Assembly: GCA_963665665.1 (NCBI GenBank)
Contig: OY762428.1
Location: 4,096,001 to 4,160,000, forward strand
DNA from: Candidatus Kapaibacterium sp.
GTDB taxonomy: Bacteria; Bacteroidota; Ignavibacteria; Kapaibacteriales; UBA2268
Direction: 5' to 3'
DNA: 64,000 nucleotides
Shown: in pieces, positions 20,069-30,244 of the stretch
Position numbering within the stretch: the first letter of the stretch is position 1
Layout: each line of letters opens with the position of its first letter
Position numbers and translations under genes: made by a program
Notes under the pieces: model-generated
The model's input: only the letters and a program-made list of their open reading frames with translations
Database searches by the model: none
What the model was told of the DNA's origin: nothing

Positions 20069-23000
20069 ATGACAATAAAAAAGGTTTTAATTATATTGAT
20101 TACACTTTTCGCCATCTGTACTGCGGATGCGGAAAGTTATTTTTATTCCAATCCGGGATTTCTTCCCGACTCGGTAATGTATTTCAGCAGAACGCCGGGA
20201 TGCAATATTTTTGTGTGCGAAAACTCAATAATTTTTGATTATTACAAAATACATTCAAAACTGACAGACAATAGCCCTGATTACCTGAAGGGAAGTATTG
20301 AAGGGCAGGTTGTGAAGATGTATTTCCCCGGTGCAAATTCAGGCAAACAGAAATTTGAAATAAGTTCACTCGGAGTATTCCCGGAGAGATCAAACATACA
20401 TTATATTATGGGCGGTAACAATCCCGATAATATAAAATATCGGGAAAAAGGCCTGATATTGAAAGATATTTATATAGGAATTGGCCTGACTCTCTATTTT
20501 GACAATGATAAATTCCGCTATGATTTTTATATTAAACCCGGCGCTGATCCGACTGATATTGAAATTGCTTTTGAAGGCATTGATCAGTCTTATGCGGATA
20601 ATAACAGGATAGTCCTGTTGGCTGACAAGGGCGAGATTATTCATTCCGATTTGAAATCATATATTCTGTCGGATAAAAATGCAAAGAATATCTCTTTATC
20701 AAAAGTTGGATTTACAGATATTGAAATCGAATCCCATTTTATTAAGAAAGCTGAAAATTCTTTCGGTTTTGAACTTCCTGAATACGACGGTGAGTCTTTT
20801 TTAAGAATAGACCCGCTTGTTTATTCTACTTATTTCGGAGGGGAAAAATACGAATACGCCAATGATATGGCCCTGGATGATGAAGGGAATATATACATAA
20901 CCGGCTATACTGCTTCGGTTAATTTTCCGGTTACTCCCGGCGTTTACCAGGAAGATATGATGGCCGGCAGCAACGGCTACCCGGATATATTTGTCAGCAA
21001 ATTCGACGCTACCGGACAAAACCTTATATTTTCTACATTCATCGGCGGATTTATGGATGATTTCGCCGAGGGAATTGCCGTTGACTCCGATAAAAATGTT
21101 TTCATTACCGGCTATACCAGTAAGTCTTCTACTTTTCCTTTCACGAAGAACGCTTATGATACAATTCCTGAAGGCGGTTATGATGTTTTCGTAATCAAAC
21201 TGGACAGCAGCGGAAGTAATTTGCTTTTCTCCACCTATCTCGGAGGTGAAAAGGACGATTATGCACAGGATATATGCCTTGATTCAAAGGGCAATCCCTA
21301 TATAACCGGTTATACTACCTCTTTTGGCGGTTTTCCTGTTTCCGATTTTGCCTTTCAGCAGGAATTTAAAGGCGAATATGATATATTCCTGGCAAAATTG
21401 ACGAGCACCGGCGACAGCCTTATGTTTTCATCAATTTACGGAGGTTATGACGATGATTTCGGCCAGGCGATTAAAATTGCTCCTGACGGCAATCCTTATG
21501 TCATAGGTATAACCAGATCGGACAACATCGACATTACCGAAATTTCATACGACCGTTCGTTCAATGACACTTCCATTTTTCTGCAAAGAAACGATGTTAT
21601 TTTATTTAAAACATCCTCCAACGGCGCCACATTGAAATATTCAACATATCTCGGAGGCGCTGCAAGAGACGGAGCTTATGAGATTGCAATTGACAATTCA
21701 GAAGCAGTATATATTGCAGGATACACGGAATCGAAAGATTTTCCTGTAACTACCGGGGCGTTCGACACTACTTATAACAGCAAGGGCACTAATAACGGAG
21801 AAGGCGATATTTTCGTTACTAAACTCAATCCCGGCGGACTTACGCTTGCATGGTCAACCTTCATTGGAGGAAAAAGTACTGAAAGAGCTTTGTCCCTGGA
21901 TATTGACGAGTTCGGCAGCCCATACATTACAGGATACACTTCTTCCATGGATTTTCCTTTAAGCAAACACCCCTATGATGACAGCTATAATGACACGGCC
22001 AAATCCGATGTTTTCCTGGTGAAACTTACTCCGGACGCTTCTAATATTTATTACTCAACATACTTTGGCGGCAACAGGGCAGATATTGGCAAAACAATAC
22101 GCCTTGCCGGAGATGAAACAGTGTGGATTTCCGGTTCAACCGAATCGCAGGATCTACCGGTAAACAATGAATCATACGATCAGACCTATAATGATTCTGT
22201 TGCAACTGATGTTTTCCTGGCCAGGTTCTATCCCAATGTTCTATTTATTGAAGCAGGTGACGATATTCAATTGTGTTCAGGCGAAAGCGCAACTTTATCT
22301 GCTCCGGCATTTGGCGGTTCAGGAAGCCTGACATATACCTGGCTACCTGATCAGTGGCTTGACGATAATCATTCAACAACACCTGTCTGTTCTGCAGAAG
22401 AATCGATTACATATACTATTCTTGTAAAAGACCGCAGGGGAAATATCGCTGAAGATGATTTAGCCGTAGAAGTTCTGCCGGTTCCCGAATATAAGATATA
22501 CGGCGCAAGAAATGTAGAAAAATGGTATAAGCATACTTACAGCGTTCTGGGCGAAGCAGATTACAGCTACTCCTGGACTGCTTTTGCAGGGCATATAATC
22601 GGGAGCAGAACCGAACCGGTAGTAGAGGTTTGGTGGGATGTGGATATTTCCGACGGTGACATTTACCTTGAAGCGGAAAACGAAAATGGTTGTAAAACTT
22701 CGCAATGGGTTAACATAAAAATATCTGATACTGATTACTCCCCGGAACTTGTTCCCTACGGGCCGCTATCTTTTTGTAAGGGCGACAGCGTAGTGCTTGA
22801 TGCCGGCTCGGAATTTATTTTCTTTTTGTGGTCCGACGGTACAAGAAGCAGGTTCGATACAGTATTTACAACCGGGAACTACTGGGTTGCAGTTACTGAT
22901 ACTGCGGGTGTTAGCAAAATTAGCGATACGCTTGCGGTTACAGTTAACCACCTTCCGCCCAAACCCACAATTGACACGGCTAACGGAATGCTGATCTGTA

Positions 23001-23437
23001 TGGAAATAGTGAACAATTACCAGTGGTATTTTTACGGAGCGCCGATTGAAGGAGCTACATCCAAGGCATATCAGCCTACTCAGAACGGTGAATATAACGT
23101 TGAGGTGATCAACGACCTGGGATGCAGCCAGATTTCAGACACATATTACCTCGGTGTAGCAGGGGTTAAAGAAACTTTAAAAAAAGGGGAAATAACTGTC
23201 TATCCCAATCCGGGCGACGGAATATTTACAATTTCCTGCCTGGGATTGGATCTGTTTAATCCCACAATTGAAGTCACGGATTTGCAGGGGAATAAATATT
23301 TTTCCAGCCGGAATATCATTCCCGACGATGCTAATAGTATTCGGATAGACCTGTCCCAGCTAAATTCCGGAATTTACCTGCTGAAATTGAAGGACAGGGA
23401 ACATATTTATTTCAGGAAACTTATAATATTGAAATAA
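20069..23437 (+). CDS. SBBP (beta-propeller) repeat T9SS-secreted protein
   Basis: IDPLVYSTYFGG, repeated GNIYITGYTxSxxFP and DIFVxK...STYLGG; Ig-like domains; CTD VYPNPGDG...GIYLLKL. Confidence 0.88.
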   Translation: MTIKKVLIILITLFAICTADAESYFYSNPGFLPDSVMYFSRTPGCNIFVCENSIIFDYYKIHSKLTDNSPDYLKGSIEGQVVKMYFPGANSGKQKFEISSLGVFPERSNIHYIMGGNNPDNIKYREKGLILKDIYIGIGLTLYFDNDKFRYDFYIKPGADPTDIEIAFEGIDQSYADNNRIVLLADKGEIIHSDLKSYILSDKNAKNISLSKVGFTDIEIESHFIKKAENSFGFELPEYDGESFLRIDPLVYSTYFGGEKYEYANDMALDDEGNIYITGYTASVNFPVTPGVYQEDMMAGSNGYPDIFVSKFDATGQNLIFSTFIGGFMDDFAEGIAVDSDKNVFITGYTSKSSTFPFTKNAYDTIPEGGYDVFVIKLDSSGSNLLFSTYLGGEKDDYAQDICLDSKGNPYITGYTTSFGGFPVSDFAFQQEFKGEYDIFLAKLTSTGDSLMFSSIYGGYDDDFGQAIKIAPDGNPYVIGITRSDNIDITEISYDRSFNDTSIFLQRNDVILFKTSSNGATLKYSTYLGGAARDGAYEIAIDNSEAVYIAGYTESKDFPVTTGAFDTTYNSKGTNNGEGDIFVTKLNPGGLTLAWSTFIGGKSTERALSLDIDEFGSPYITGYTSSMDFPLSKHPYDDSYNDTAKSDVFLVKLTPDASNIYYSTYFGGNRADIGKTIRLAGDETVWISGSTESQDLPVNNESYDQTYNDSVATDVFLARFYPNVLFIEAGDDIQLCSGESATLSAPAFGGSGSLTYTWLPDQWLDDNHSTTPVCSAEESITYTILVKDRRGNIAEDDLAVEVLPVPEYKIYGARNVEKWYKHTYSVLGEADYSYSWTAFAGHIIGSRTEPVVEVWWDVDISDGDIYLEAENENGCKTSQWVNIKISDTDYSPELVPYGPLSFCKGDSVVLDAGSEFIFFLWSDGTRSRFDTVFTTGNYWVAVTDTAGVSKISDTLAVTVNHLPPKPTIDTANGMLICMEIVNNYQWYFYGAPIEGATSKAYQPTQNGEYNVEVINDLGCSQISDTYYLGVAGVKETLKKGEITVYPNPGDGIFTISCLGLDLFNPTIEVTDLQGNKYFSSRNIIPDDANSIRIDLSQLNSGIYLLKLKDREHIYFRKLIILK

Positions 23438-23482
23438 AATAGCTTAAACCCGCCTGCGTCTGAATGAAAAAGGGATTAGATG

Positions 23483-24073
23483 ATGTTAGAACTTTCGGGA
23501 AAATATAATAAAGAATATACTTATAACGACCTCATGCAGCTTGAGGAGGGTACGCTGTGCGAACTTATCAACGGGGTTATTGAAATGAGTCCTTCGCCAT
23601 CTTCCACTCACCAATGGATTATCGGAGAGTTATACATGAAACTCCGAAACCATCTAAAAAATATTAAATTAAATTACAAGATTTTACTTAGTCCTCTGGA
23701 TGTAAAAGTATCTGACAGGACTGTACTCCAGCCGGATATGCTTGTCATTTCCGAAAAGAACAAACACATTATACGCGAAAATGGGATTTTCGGGCCGCCG
23801 GATATTGTTATTGAGGTTTTGTCAAAAGGCAATATAGTTAAGGACAGATATATAAAGAAGGAGATTTATCAGAACTTTGGCGTGCAGGAATATTGGATGA
23901 TAGACAGCAATAATGAAACAATCGAAATACTCATCCTTGATTCTGAAGGTGTATATAATCTATATTCTTCGGGTGCAGCAGATGAAAAAGTAAAATCGCA
24001 GGTTCTTGAAAAATTCGAATTCTGTTTCGATGATGTTAAACCGGATGCGGAATTATTTAAACGGAATCAATGA
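23483..24073 (+). CDS. Uma2 family (DUF820) endonuclease, copy 1
   Basis: ELINGVIEMSPSP..HQ, QPD, PDIVIEVLS, GVQEYWMID. Confidence 0.9.
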   Translation: MLELSGKYNKEYTYNDLMQLEEGTLCELINGVIEMSPSPSSTHQWIIGELYMKLRNHLKNIKLNYKILLSPLDVKVSDRTVLQPDMLVISEKNKHIIRENGIFGPPDIVIEVLSKGNIVKDRYIKKEIYQNFGVQEYWMIDSNNETIEILILDSEGVYNLYSSGAADEKVKSQVLEKFEFCFDDVKPDAELFKRNQ

Positions 24074-24074
24074 A

Positions 24075-24665
24075 ATGTTAGAACTTTCGGGAAAATATTA
24101 TAAAGAATATACTTATGACGACCTCATGCAGCTTGAGGAGGGTACGCTGTGCGAACTTATCAACGGGATTATTGAAATGAGTCCTTCGCCATCTTCCGCT
24201 CACCAGTGGATTATTGCCACATTACATATTTTACTATGGCAGCATATTAAAGATAATAATTTAAACTACTTAGCTATGCTCAGCCCATTGGATGTTAAAA
24301 TATCCGAAAGGACTGTACTCCAGCCGGATATGCTTGTCATTTCCGAAAAGAACAAACACATTATACGCGAAAATGGGATTTTCGGGCCGCCGGATATCGT
24401 TATCGAAGTATTGTCAAAAGGCAATATAGTTAAGGACAGATATATAAAGAAGGAGATTTATCAGAACTTTGGCGTGCAGGAATATTGGATGATAGACAGC
24501 AATAATGAAACAATCGAAATACTCATCCTTGAATCCAATGGTGTCTATAATCTACATTCTTCGGGTGCGACAGATGAAAAAGTAAAATCGCAGGTTCTTG
24601 AAAAATTCGAATTCTGTTTCGATGATGTTAAACCGGATGCGGAATTATTTAAACGGAATCAATGA
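24075..24665 (+). CDS. Uma2 family endonuclease, copy 2
   Basis: ATG at 24075, 1 nt after the copy-1 stop; same motifs; near-identical to copy 1 outside ~24215-24308. Confidence 0.9.
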   Translation: MLELSGKYYKEYTYDDLMQLEEGTLCELINGIIEMSPSPSSAHQWIIATLHILLWQHIKDNNLNYLAMLSPLDVKISERTVLQPDMLVISEKNKHIIRENGIFGPPDIVIEVLSKGNIVKDRYIKKEIYQNFGVQEYWMIDSNNETIEILILESNGVYNLHSSGATDEKVKSQVLEKFEFCFDDVKPDAELFKRNQ

Positions 24666-24666
24666 A

Positions 24667-25254
24667 ATGTTAGAACTTTCGGGAAAATATAATAAAGAAT
24701 ATACTTATGACGACCTCATGCAGCTTGAGGAGGGTACGCTGTGCGAACTTATCAACGGGATTATTGAAATGAGTCCTGCTCCACTTATTATTCACCAGAT
24801 TATTCTGAAAAACCTTAGCAAAAAAATTGACGATCGCATTCAGGAGAGCAATAAGGGCCTGCTTCTGCCTGCCCCTGTTGACTTGATAATAGATGAAAAA
24901 AATGTTGTTCAGCCTGATCTTTTATTTATCAGTTTGGAAAATATTCCTAAAATTCGCGATAAATATATTGACTTCCCACCTGATATTGTGATTGAAATAA
25001 TATCTCCTTCTTCAGTTGTACGGGACAGATACGGCAAAAAGGAATTATATCAAAAGATGAAAATCCAGGAATACTGGATGCTTGATATAATTCATGAAAG
25101 TATCGAGATATTGAGATTAGATAATGCCGGACATTATCAGCTTTCTTCTTATGGAGCAAAAAATGAAATAGTAAAATCGCAGATTCTTGAAAAATTCGAA
25201 TTCTGTTTCGACGATGTTAAACCGGATGCGGAATTATTTAACAAATTAAAGTAA
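24667..25254 (+). CDS. Uma2 family endonuclease, copy 3
   Basis: ATG at 24667; SPAP..HQ, QPDLLFI, PDIVIEIISPSS, QEYWMLD; shares only its ends with copies 1 and 2. Confidence 0.9.
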   Translation: MLELSGKYNKEYTYDDLMQLEEGTLCELINGIIEMSPAPLIIHQIILKNLSKKIDDRIQESNKGLLLPAPVDLIIDEKNVVQPDLLFISLENIPKIRDKYIDFPPDIVIEIISPSSVVRDRYGKKELYQKMKIQEYWMLDIIHESIEILRLDNAGHYQLSSYGAKNEIVKSQILEKFEFCFDDVKPDAELFNKLK

Positions 25255-25259
25255 TAATC

Positions 25260-26759
25260 ATGAAACTTTCAGCCTTCTTATTATTTATGTTTCTAATCGG
25301 TGAAATTGCTCTGGCCGATATTCTGACCGTGGGCGACGGCGGTGACGGCTACCAATACTCAACAATAGAACAAGCCGCTGAATATGCCGTTCCCGGAGAT
25401 ACCATTATGGTTCATACCTATGTTTATCAGGGAGGAATGACTATTACCGGATTAAAAGGCAATGAGGATAATTATATCACTATTATGGCAGCGCCCGGAG
25501 CCGAGGCAATAATCTCAGGTGGCTCTTCAGGAATTCATTTTATTGATATTGCTTATGTTAATATCATCGGGTTTAAATTCAGAGACCAGACCGGAAACGG
25601 GGTGAATATTGATGACGGCGGCAGTTATGATACGCCTTCCCACAATATCCATATTATCGATTGCCAGTGGCTGGGAATGAACGCCACCGGAAACAACGAC
25701 GAACTGAAAATGTCCGGAGTTGATGTATTTACAATTAAGGACTGTTTATTCAGAGATGGTTCGCCCGGAGGAAGTCTGATTGATATGGTGGGCTGCCACA
25801 GCGGTAATATCTATCATAATGAATTTATTAACGGAGGCTCCAATTCAATCCAGGCAAAAGGCGGATCGCGGAACATTCTCATCACCAGGAATAAATTTCA
25901 GAACGGCGGGCTGCGCTCAATTAATATTGGCGGTAGCACTGGGCTGGAATTTTTCCGTCCTCAGGGCGTAAGCTACGAGGCAAACAGGATAATTGTTCTA
26001 TCGAATTTATTTCTGCATTCTCAAGCTCCGATAGCTTTCGTGGGCGCTACGGAATGCCATGTTGAAAACAACACTCTTATCATGCCGGAAAAATGGGCTG
26101 TACGAATACTGCAGGAAACTACGCTTCCGGAATTTGACCCGTGCGGTAACAACTTTTTCAGGAATAATATCATCTATTTCAACAACGCCGCTTCGGCATA
26201 TTCTTTCAATATCGGGCCGAATACAGCCCCTGAGACTTTTACGATCAGCAATAATCTCTGGTATAATATTGACAACGCAAACTGGAGCGGGCCCAATCAG
26301 CCTGTTAACGACCCTGATATGATATTGAATCAGGACCCCTTGTTCAAAAATTTCAGTGAAATGGATTTCTCGCTTCAAAGCAATTCTCCTGCTATTGGAA
26401 ATGGCTGGTATGATTTGTCAATATCGTCCGTCAGGATTGATTTTATCGGCAATGAATTCAACAGGCCTCCATCCATCGGAGCCATAGAAGGCAATCCTCC
26501 GGGGACTTCATCTGAAGATGGCAAATCAAGGATTATGCTCATTTATCCCAACCCTGCCGCAGACATTCTTTCAATAGATTATTCAGGAAATAATGGCCGC
26601 ATTGATTATGAAATTTATAACCTGATAGGAAAGAAACTTTTACGAGGAAAAATGGTTGTTGGATTGAATAGTGTTGATATACGCAACCTAAGTCCCGGAG
26701 TTTATTTTATAAAGTTCCCCGGTACGAAAATCAAAAGCAAACGCCTTATAAAGTATTGA
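25260..26759 (+). CDS. Right-handed parallel beta-helix repeat protein with T9SS CTD
   Basis: Signal peptide; Asn-rich beta-helix repeats; DFSLQSNSPAIG; CTD IYPNPAADIL...GVYFIK. Confidence 0.85.
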   Translation: MKLSAFLLFMFLIGEIALADILTVGDGGDGYQYSTIEQAAEYAVPGDTIMVHTYVYQGGMTITGLKGNEDNYITIMAAPGAEAIISGGSSGIHFIDIAYVNIIGFKFRDQTGNGVNIDDGGSYDTPSHNIHIIDCQWLGMNATGNNDELKMSGVDVFTIKDCLFRDGSPGGSLIDMVGCHSGNIYHNEFINGGSNSIQAKGGSRNILITRNKFQNGGLRSINIGGSTGLEFFRPQGVSYEANRIIVLSNLFLHSQAPIAFVGATECHVENNTLIMPEKWAVRILQETTLPEFDPCGNNFFRNNIIYFNNAASAYSFNIGPNTAPETFTISNNLWYNIDNANWSGPNQPVNDPDMILNQDPLFKNFSEMDFSLQSNSPAIGNGWYDLSISSVRIDFIGNEFNRPPSIGAIEGNPPGTSSEDGKSRIMLIYPNPAADILSIDYSGNNGRIDYEIYNLIGKKLLRGKMVVGLNSVDIRNLSPGVYFIKFPGTKIKSKRLIKY

Positions 26760-26814
26760 TCATTAAAAATTAAAATTTTTGGATGAAATATTTTAGCAAG
26801 CTGTTGATGAGTAA

Positions 26815-26865
26815 ATACCCCATAGCAAACTACTGAATTTGTTCTAAAAGTTTACTTTGGGGTAT
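26815..26865. terminator. Long imperfect inverted repeat between convergent genes
   Basis: ATACCCCATAGCAAACT...AGTTTACTTTGGGGTAT. Confidence 0.55.
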
Positions 26866-26901
26866 ATACCCGTTAATATTATTGCAATATGAAATTATTT
26901 C

Positions 26902-28464
26902 CTACTCAATAATTTCTTTTCTGATTCTTAATACTTCCTCCTGCATGTACCTGTCTTTGTCCAGAACAGGGAAAATATTTTCAATTTTTTTAATAAATTC
27001 TTTTCCACAGTCACCCGGAATAAGCTTGGAATCAGGGGCAATTTTGTTTTTTGATTTGAATATTTCTTCTGACTGCTCCAGAATATAATATCCCTGGCGG
27101 ATCATTGCTGCCTGAAGAGCCAACTGCGTATACCACAAGTCAATCGCATTTTTCAATGAAATAATTACTGTGGGAGCATGTGAAACGTGATCTTCCTGGT
27201 GGCTGGCGCTGCTCTGTGAATGCAGAAAACCTGTGGAATTCATCGATAGTATCATATTTCCGTGAGCAGTATGGCTGTATTCAAGTAGCATCATGCCCGA
27301 GCTTATCGCGTGGTTGGCGTTGGGGGCTATCAGGCAGCTTAAGCCGATCCTGTTTTTATCTTTATCAACCAGCCTGCGGACAAGCGCCATGTTCACAGAT
27401 ACCGTTGCACTGAAAGCATTGAATAAATTTGCGGCAGCAATCGCGATATACATGCCGTGGAAATTACCACCGGATATTGACTGTCCGTTTACAACAAGAG
27501 GATTATCCGTAGCGGAATTCATTTCGATTGTAAGCTTTTCGCGGGTTTCTTTCATTGCGTCGAATAGCGGGCCGTAAACCTGTGGCAGGCATCGCGACGA
27601 ATATGAATCCTGCACGTTAACGTCGTAATCAAAGCTTTCGTGAGATTTGCGGATGTCGCTGTTTTTGAAAACATCAAGAAGTATTTCTGCGGCTTTCCAT
27701 TGGCCGGGATAGGGACGCAGGTCATGCAGGTCTTTGATATATGGAAGATCGGAAGCAAACATTATTTCGCTCATCATGCCGGCATGGCGCAGAGCCATTT
27801 CGCTTTTTTCCTCCAGGGTATATACCAGCCATGCAAGGTAAGCTGTTGACCACTGCATACCGTTGTTCAGTCCCAGCCCTTCTTTGGCTTCAAGCTCAAC
27901 AGGTTTCAACCCTGCTTTTTCAAGGGCATCCGAAGCGTCGATTAATTCGTCTTTGTAATAACATTTGCCTTCGCCCATTAATGCAAGCGCAATATGTGAG
28001 AGAGGGGAGAGGTCTCCGCTGGCGCCGAGGCTTCCAATCTCGGGGATATAAGGGTAGATATCCCTGCTGTTAACAAAATCAACGATAGACTGCAATAATT
28101 CAAATCTTATACCTGAAAATCCTTTAGCCAGGGCGTTGGCTCTGAAAAGCATTGCCATCCTGGCTATTTCTTTGGGAGTTGCCTCGCCGAATGAAATAGC
28201 GTGTGTTCTGATCAGGTTCTTTTGCAGTTCGATAAGTCCCGCTTCGGGCACTGCTACGTCCTGGTTCTGGCCGAACCCGCGCGTAAAACCGTATATCGGT
28301 TTGTCGCCTTTAGCAAGCTTAAGAATTGATTCACGGTTTTCCTCAACTTTGGCTTTAACGTTTTTTTCAATTTCTACTTTTGCCAGCCCTTTGGCAACGA
28401 GAACTGCCTGGTCGAAAGTCAGGTCATTTCCGTTTATTATCACTGTCTGTTCAAATTTTTCCAT
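26902..28464 (-). CDS. hutH: Aromatic amino acid ammonia-lyase, probably histidine ammonia-lyase
   Basis: MIO motif GSLGASGDLSPL; LEAKEGLGL, QDSYSSRC, NSATDNP, GGNFHG, QEDHVS. Confidence 0.8.
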   Translation of the reverse strand: MEKFEQTVIINGNDLTFDQAVLVAKGLAKVEIEKNVKAKVEENRESILKLAKGDKPIYGFTRGFGQNQDVAVPEAGLIELQKNLIRTHAISFGEATPKEIARMAMLFRANALAKGFSGIRFELLQSIVDFVNSRDIYPYIPEIGSLGASGDLSPLSHIALALMGEGKCYYKDELIDASDALEKAGLKPVELEAKEGLGLNNGMQWSTAYLAWLVYTLEEKSEMALRHAGMMSEIMFASDLPYIKDLHDLRPYPGQWKAAEILLDVFKNSDIRKSHESFDYDVNVQDSYSSRCLPQVYGPLFDAMKETREKLTIEMNSATDNPLVVNGQSISGGNFHGMYIAIAAANLFNAFSATVSVNMALVRRLVDKDKNRIGLSCLIAPNANHAISSGMMLLEYSHTAHGNMILSMNSTGFLHSQSSASHQEDHVSHAPTVIISLKNAIDLWYTQLALQAAMIRQGYYILEQSEEIFKSKNKIAPDSKLIPGDCGKEFIKKIENIFPVLDKDRYMQEEVLRIRKEIIE

Positions 28465-28619
28465 GCCATTTATTCTTTTATTACTAATAGTTCAGTTCGT
28501 TCTTCGGTTTAAATTTAATTGTCTTTAAACAACCTGCAATATAAGAAATTTATAGATTCTACTGTTTTAATTCATGCATGATTTTTCGGTATAAGTCAGA
28601 ATATGAATTAAATATCCTC

Positions 28620-29777
28620 CTATAAAAAATAATTTTCCATTCTGTCGAAAGCTGTATTTATCATATCTTCAGGCACACAGAAAGAAAGCCTGATATGACT
28701 TTCACCGGTTGGCCCGAATTCAATGCCAGGCGTAGTTGAAACCTGGATATCCTGCAGGAGCTTTTTGCTAAATTCCAGGGAGTTCTTGCCTGAGTTACCT
28801 AATATCCTGGGAAACATAAGATAAGATCCTTCCGGCCTGACATATTGAAAAATCGATTCCAATCTGTCGAGCCGTTCACACATAAGGTTTCTTGCTGTCA
28901 GGTAATGCTGCCTGTATTCTGAAATACAATCCTGGCTGCCTTTCAACGCTCCGATTGCTGCATACTGGGATGCAACGGGTGCACAGATTGCAAAGGGAAT
29001 ATGTGCTTTCTTTATTTGGGCTATCATTTCCTCATCTGCATGTAAATAACCTATTCTCCAGCCTGTCATAGCATAAGATTTTGTGAAAGTATAATTTGTT
29101 ATCACATTTTTCCTGATTTCAGGGATAGAGGCAATACTAAAATGTTTAGCATCGTCGAATGTGAAATATTCATAGGCTTCATCTGTGATAATTGTAAGGT
29201 CATTTTCCAATGCAATTTCAGCAAGTTTTCGCAATGTTTTCTCAGGAAAAACAGTACCTGTAGGATTACTTGGAGAACAATACATTATTGCTTTTGTTTT
29301 TGGGGTAATTGCTTTCTTAACAGCTTCAATATCCAAAGCAAAACCATCTTCTTCAAGTAAGGGTATTAAAACCGGTGTTCCGGAGGCAAGCTTTACCTGT
29401 GTGATATGAGTTGAATATGTAGGTGTTGGCAGGATAACTTCATCGCCGGGATCAATAACTGCCATAACCGAAGCCGCCAATCCCTCGATAGCACCAATTG
29501 TAACTATTATCTGTGAAGTTTCAGCTTCAATATTGTTATCTCTTTTTAGCTTTTTAACAATTTCTTTTCGCAATTCAGGTAATCCCTCGCTTTGAGAATA
29601 TCCTCCGGTAAGACCTTTTTTTATGGCGTAGATCACTGTTTCGTTGATATGTTCCGGCGTGTCTGTGGTGGGTTTGGCCCAGGATAAAAAAGCAACATCA
29701 TCGTATTGTTTTGATAGCCTGGTCATCTCGTGTATTGCTGATTTCCCGATCTGATTAACTCTGCTTGATATATTCAT
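28620..29777 (-). CDS. PLP-dependent class I/II aminotransferase (AspC-like)
   Basis: GLPELR, SPSNPTG, DEAYE, TKSYAMTGWRIGY, IRLSF. Confidence 0.9.
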   Translation of the reverse strand: MNISSRVNQIGKSAIHEMTRLSKQYDDVAFLSWAKPTTDTPEHINETVIYAIKKGLTGGYSQSEGLPELRKEIVKKLKRDNNIEAETSQIIVTIGAIEGLAASVMAVIDPGDEVILPTPTYSTHITQVKLASGTPVLIPLLEEDGFALDIEAVKKAITPKTKAIMYCSPSNPTGTVFPEKTLRKLAEIALENDLTIITDEAYEYFTFDDAKHFSIASIPEIRKNVITNYTFTKSYAMTGWRIGYLHADEEMIAQIKKAHIPFAICAPVASQYAAIGALKGSQDCISEYRQHYLTARNLMCERLDRLESIFQYVRPEGSYLMFPRILGNSGKNSLEFSKKLLQDIQVSTTPGIEFGPTGESHIRLSFCVPEDMINTAFDRMENYFL

Positions 29778-30244
29778 TTTTTTAATCCCTAAAAATGTTG
29801 ACTAATAAAAAATTATGTTGAACCAAAATACTATCTATTGGTTTAATGCATTAAAATACATGAAGATATATCTTTACTTCAAATTTGTCGATTATTCAAA
29901 ATATTCAGAAAAGCATTTTATTCTAAATACACCTTTTCTCCAGATATTTTATTCAATATTGAAATATAATGATTTTTATCTGAAAATGGAACTACCTGGT
30001 AAAAATGGTCCAAATATTTAGTTTGTTTAAGCTCCGGAAAAGCAGTAAAAATTGAAATATGTAATTTGCTTTTTTCAAATATTTCCTGTTGTAATAGCTA
30101 TATCTCGACGCACCAAATTTTATCCTTTTGCAGCTGCTGAAATTATTGGATAAAAAACACAATTCATGCTTTTAAGTTGCAATGATTTTACTACTATCTG
30201 CTATCATGAGAAACAAACTGTGCTAAAGTAAAATCAAAAAACAA

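Larger units (their letters stand above)
23483..25254 (+). repeat. 592-bp tandem gene triplication
   Basis: ATGTTAGAACTTTCGGGAAAATAT starts at 23483, 24075 and 24667. Confidence 0.9.

Noticed and set aside
24006-24666. N-terminal extensions MKNSNSVSMMLNRMRNYLNGINE on Uma2 copies 2 and 3
   Set aside because: They are alternate-frame readings of the previous copy's 3' end; the homologous ATGs are at 24075 and 24667
23483-25254. Diversity-generating retroelement (TR/VR pair) in the Uma2 copies
   Set aside because: Differences are not adenine-specific, include many synonymous C/T and G/C changes, and no reverse transcriptase is present
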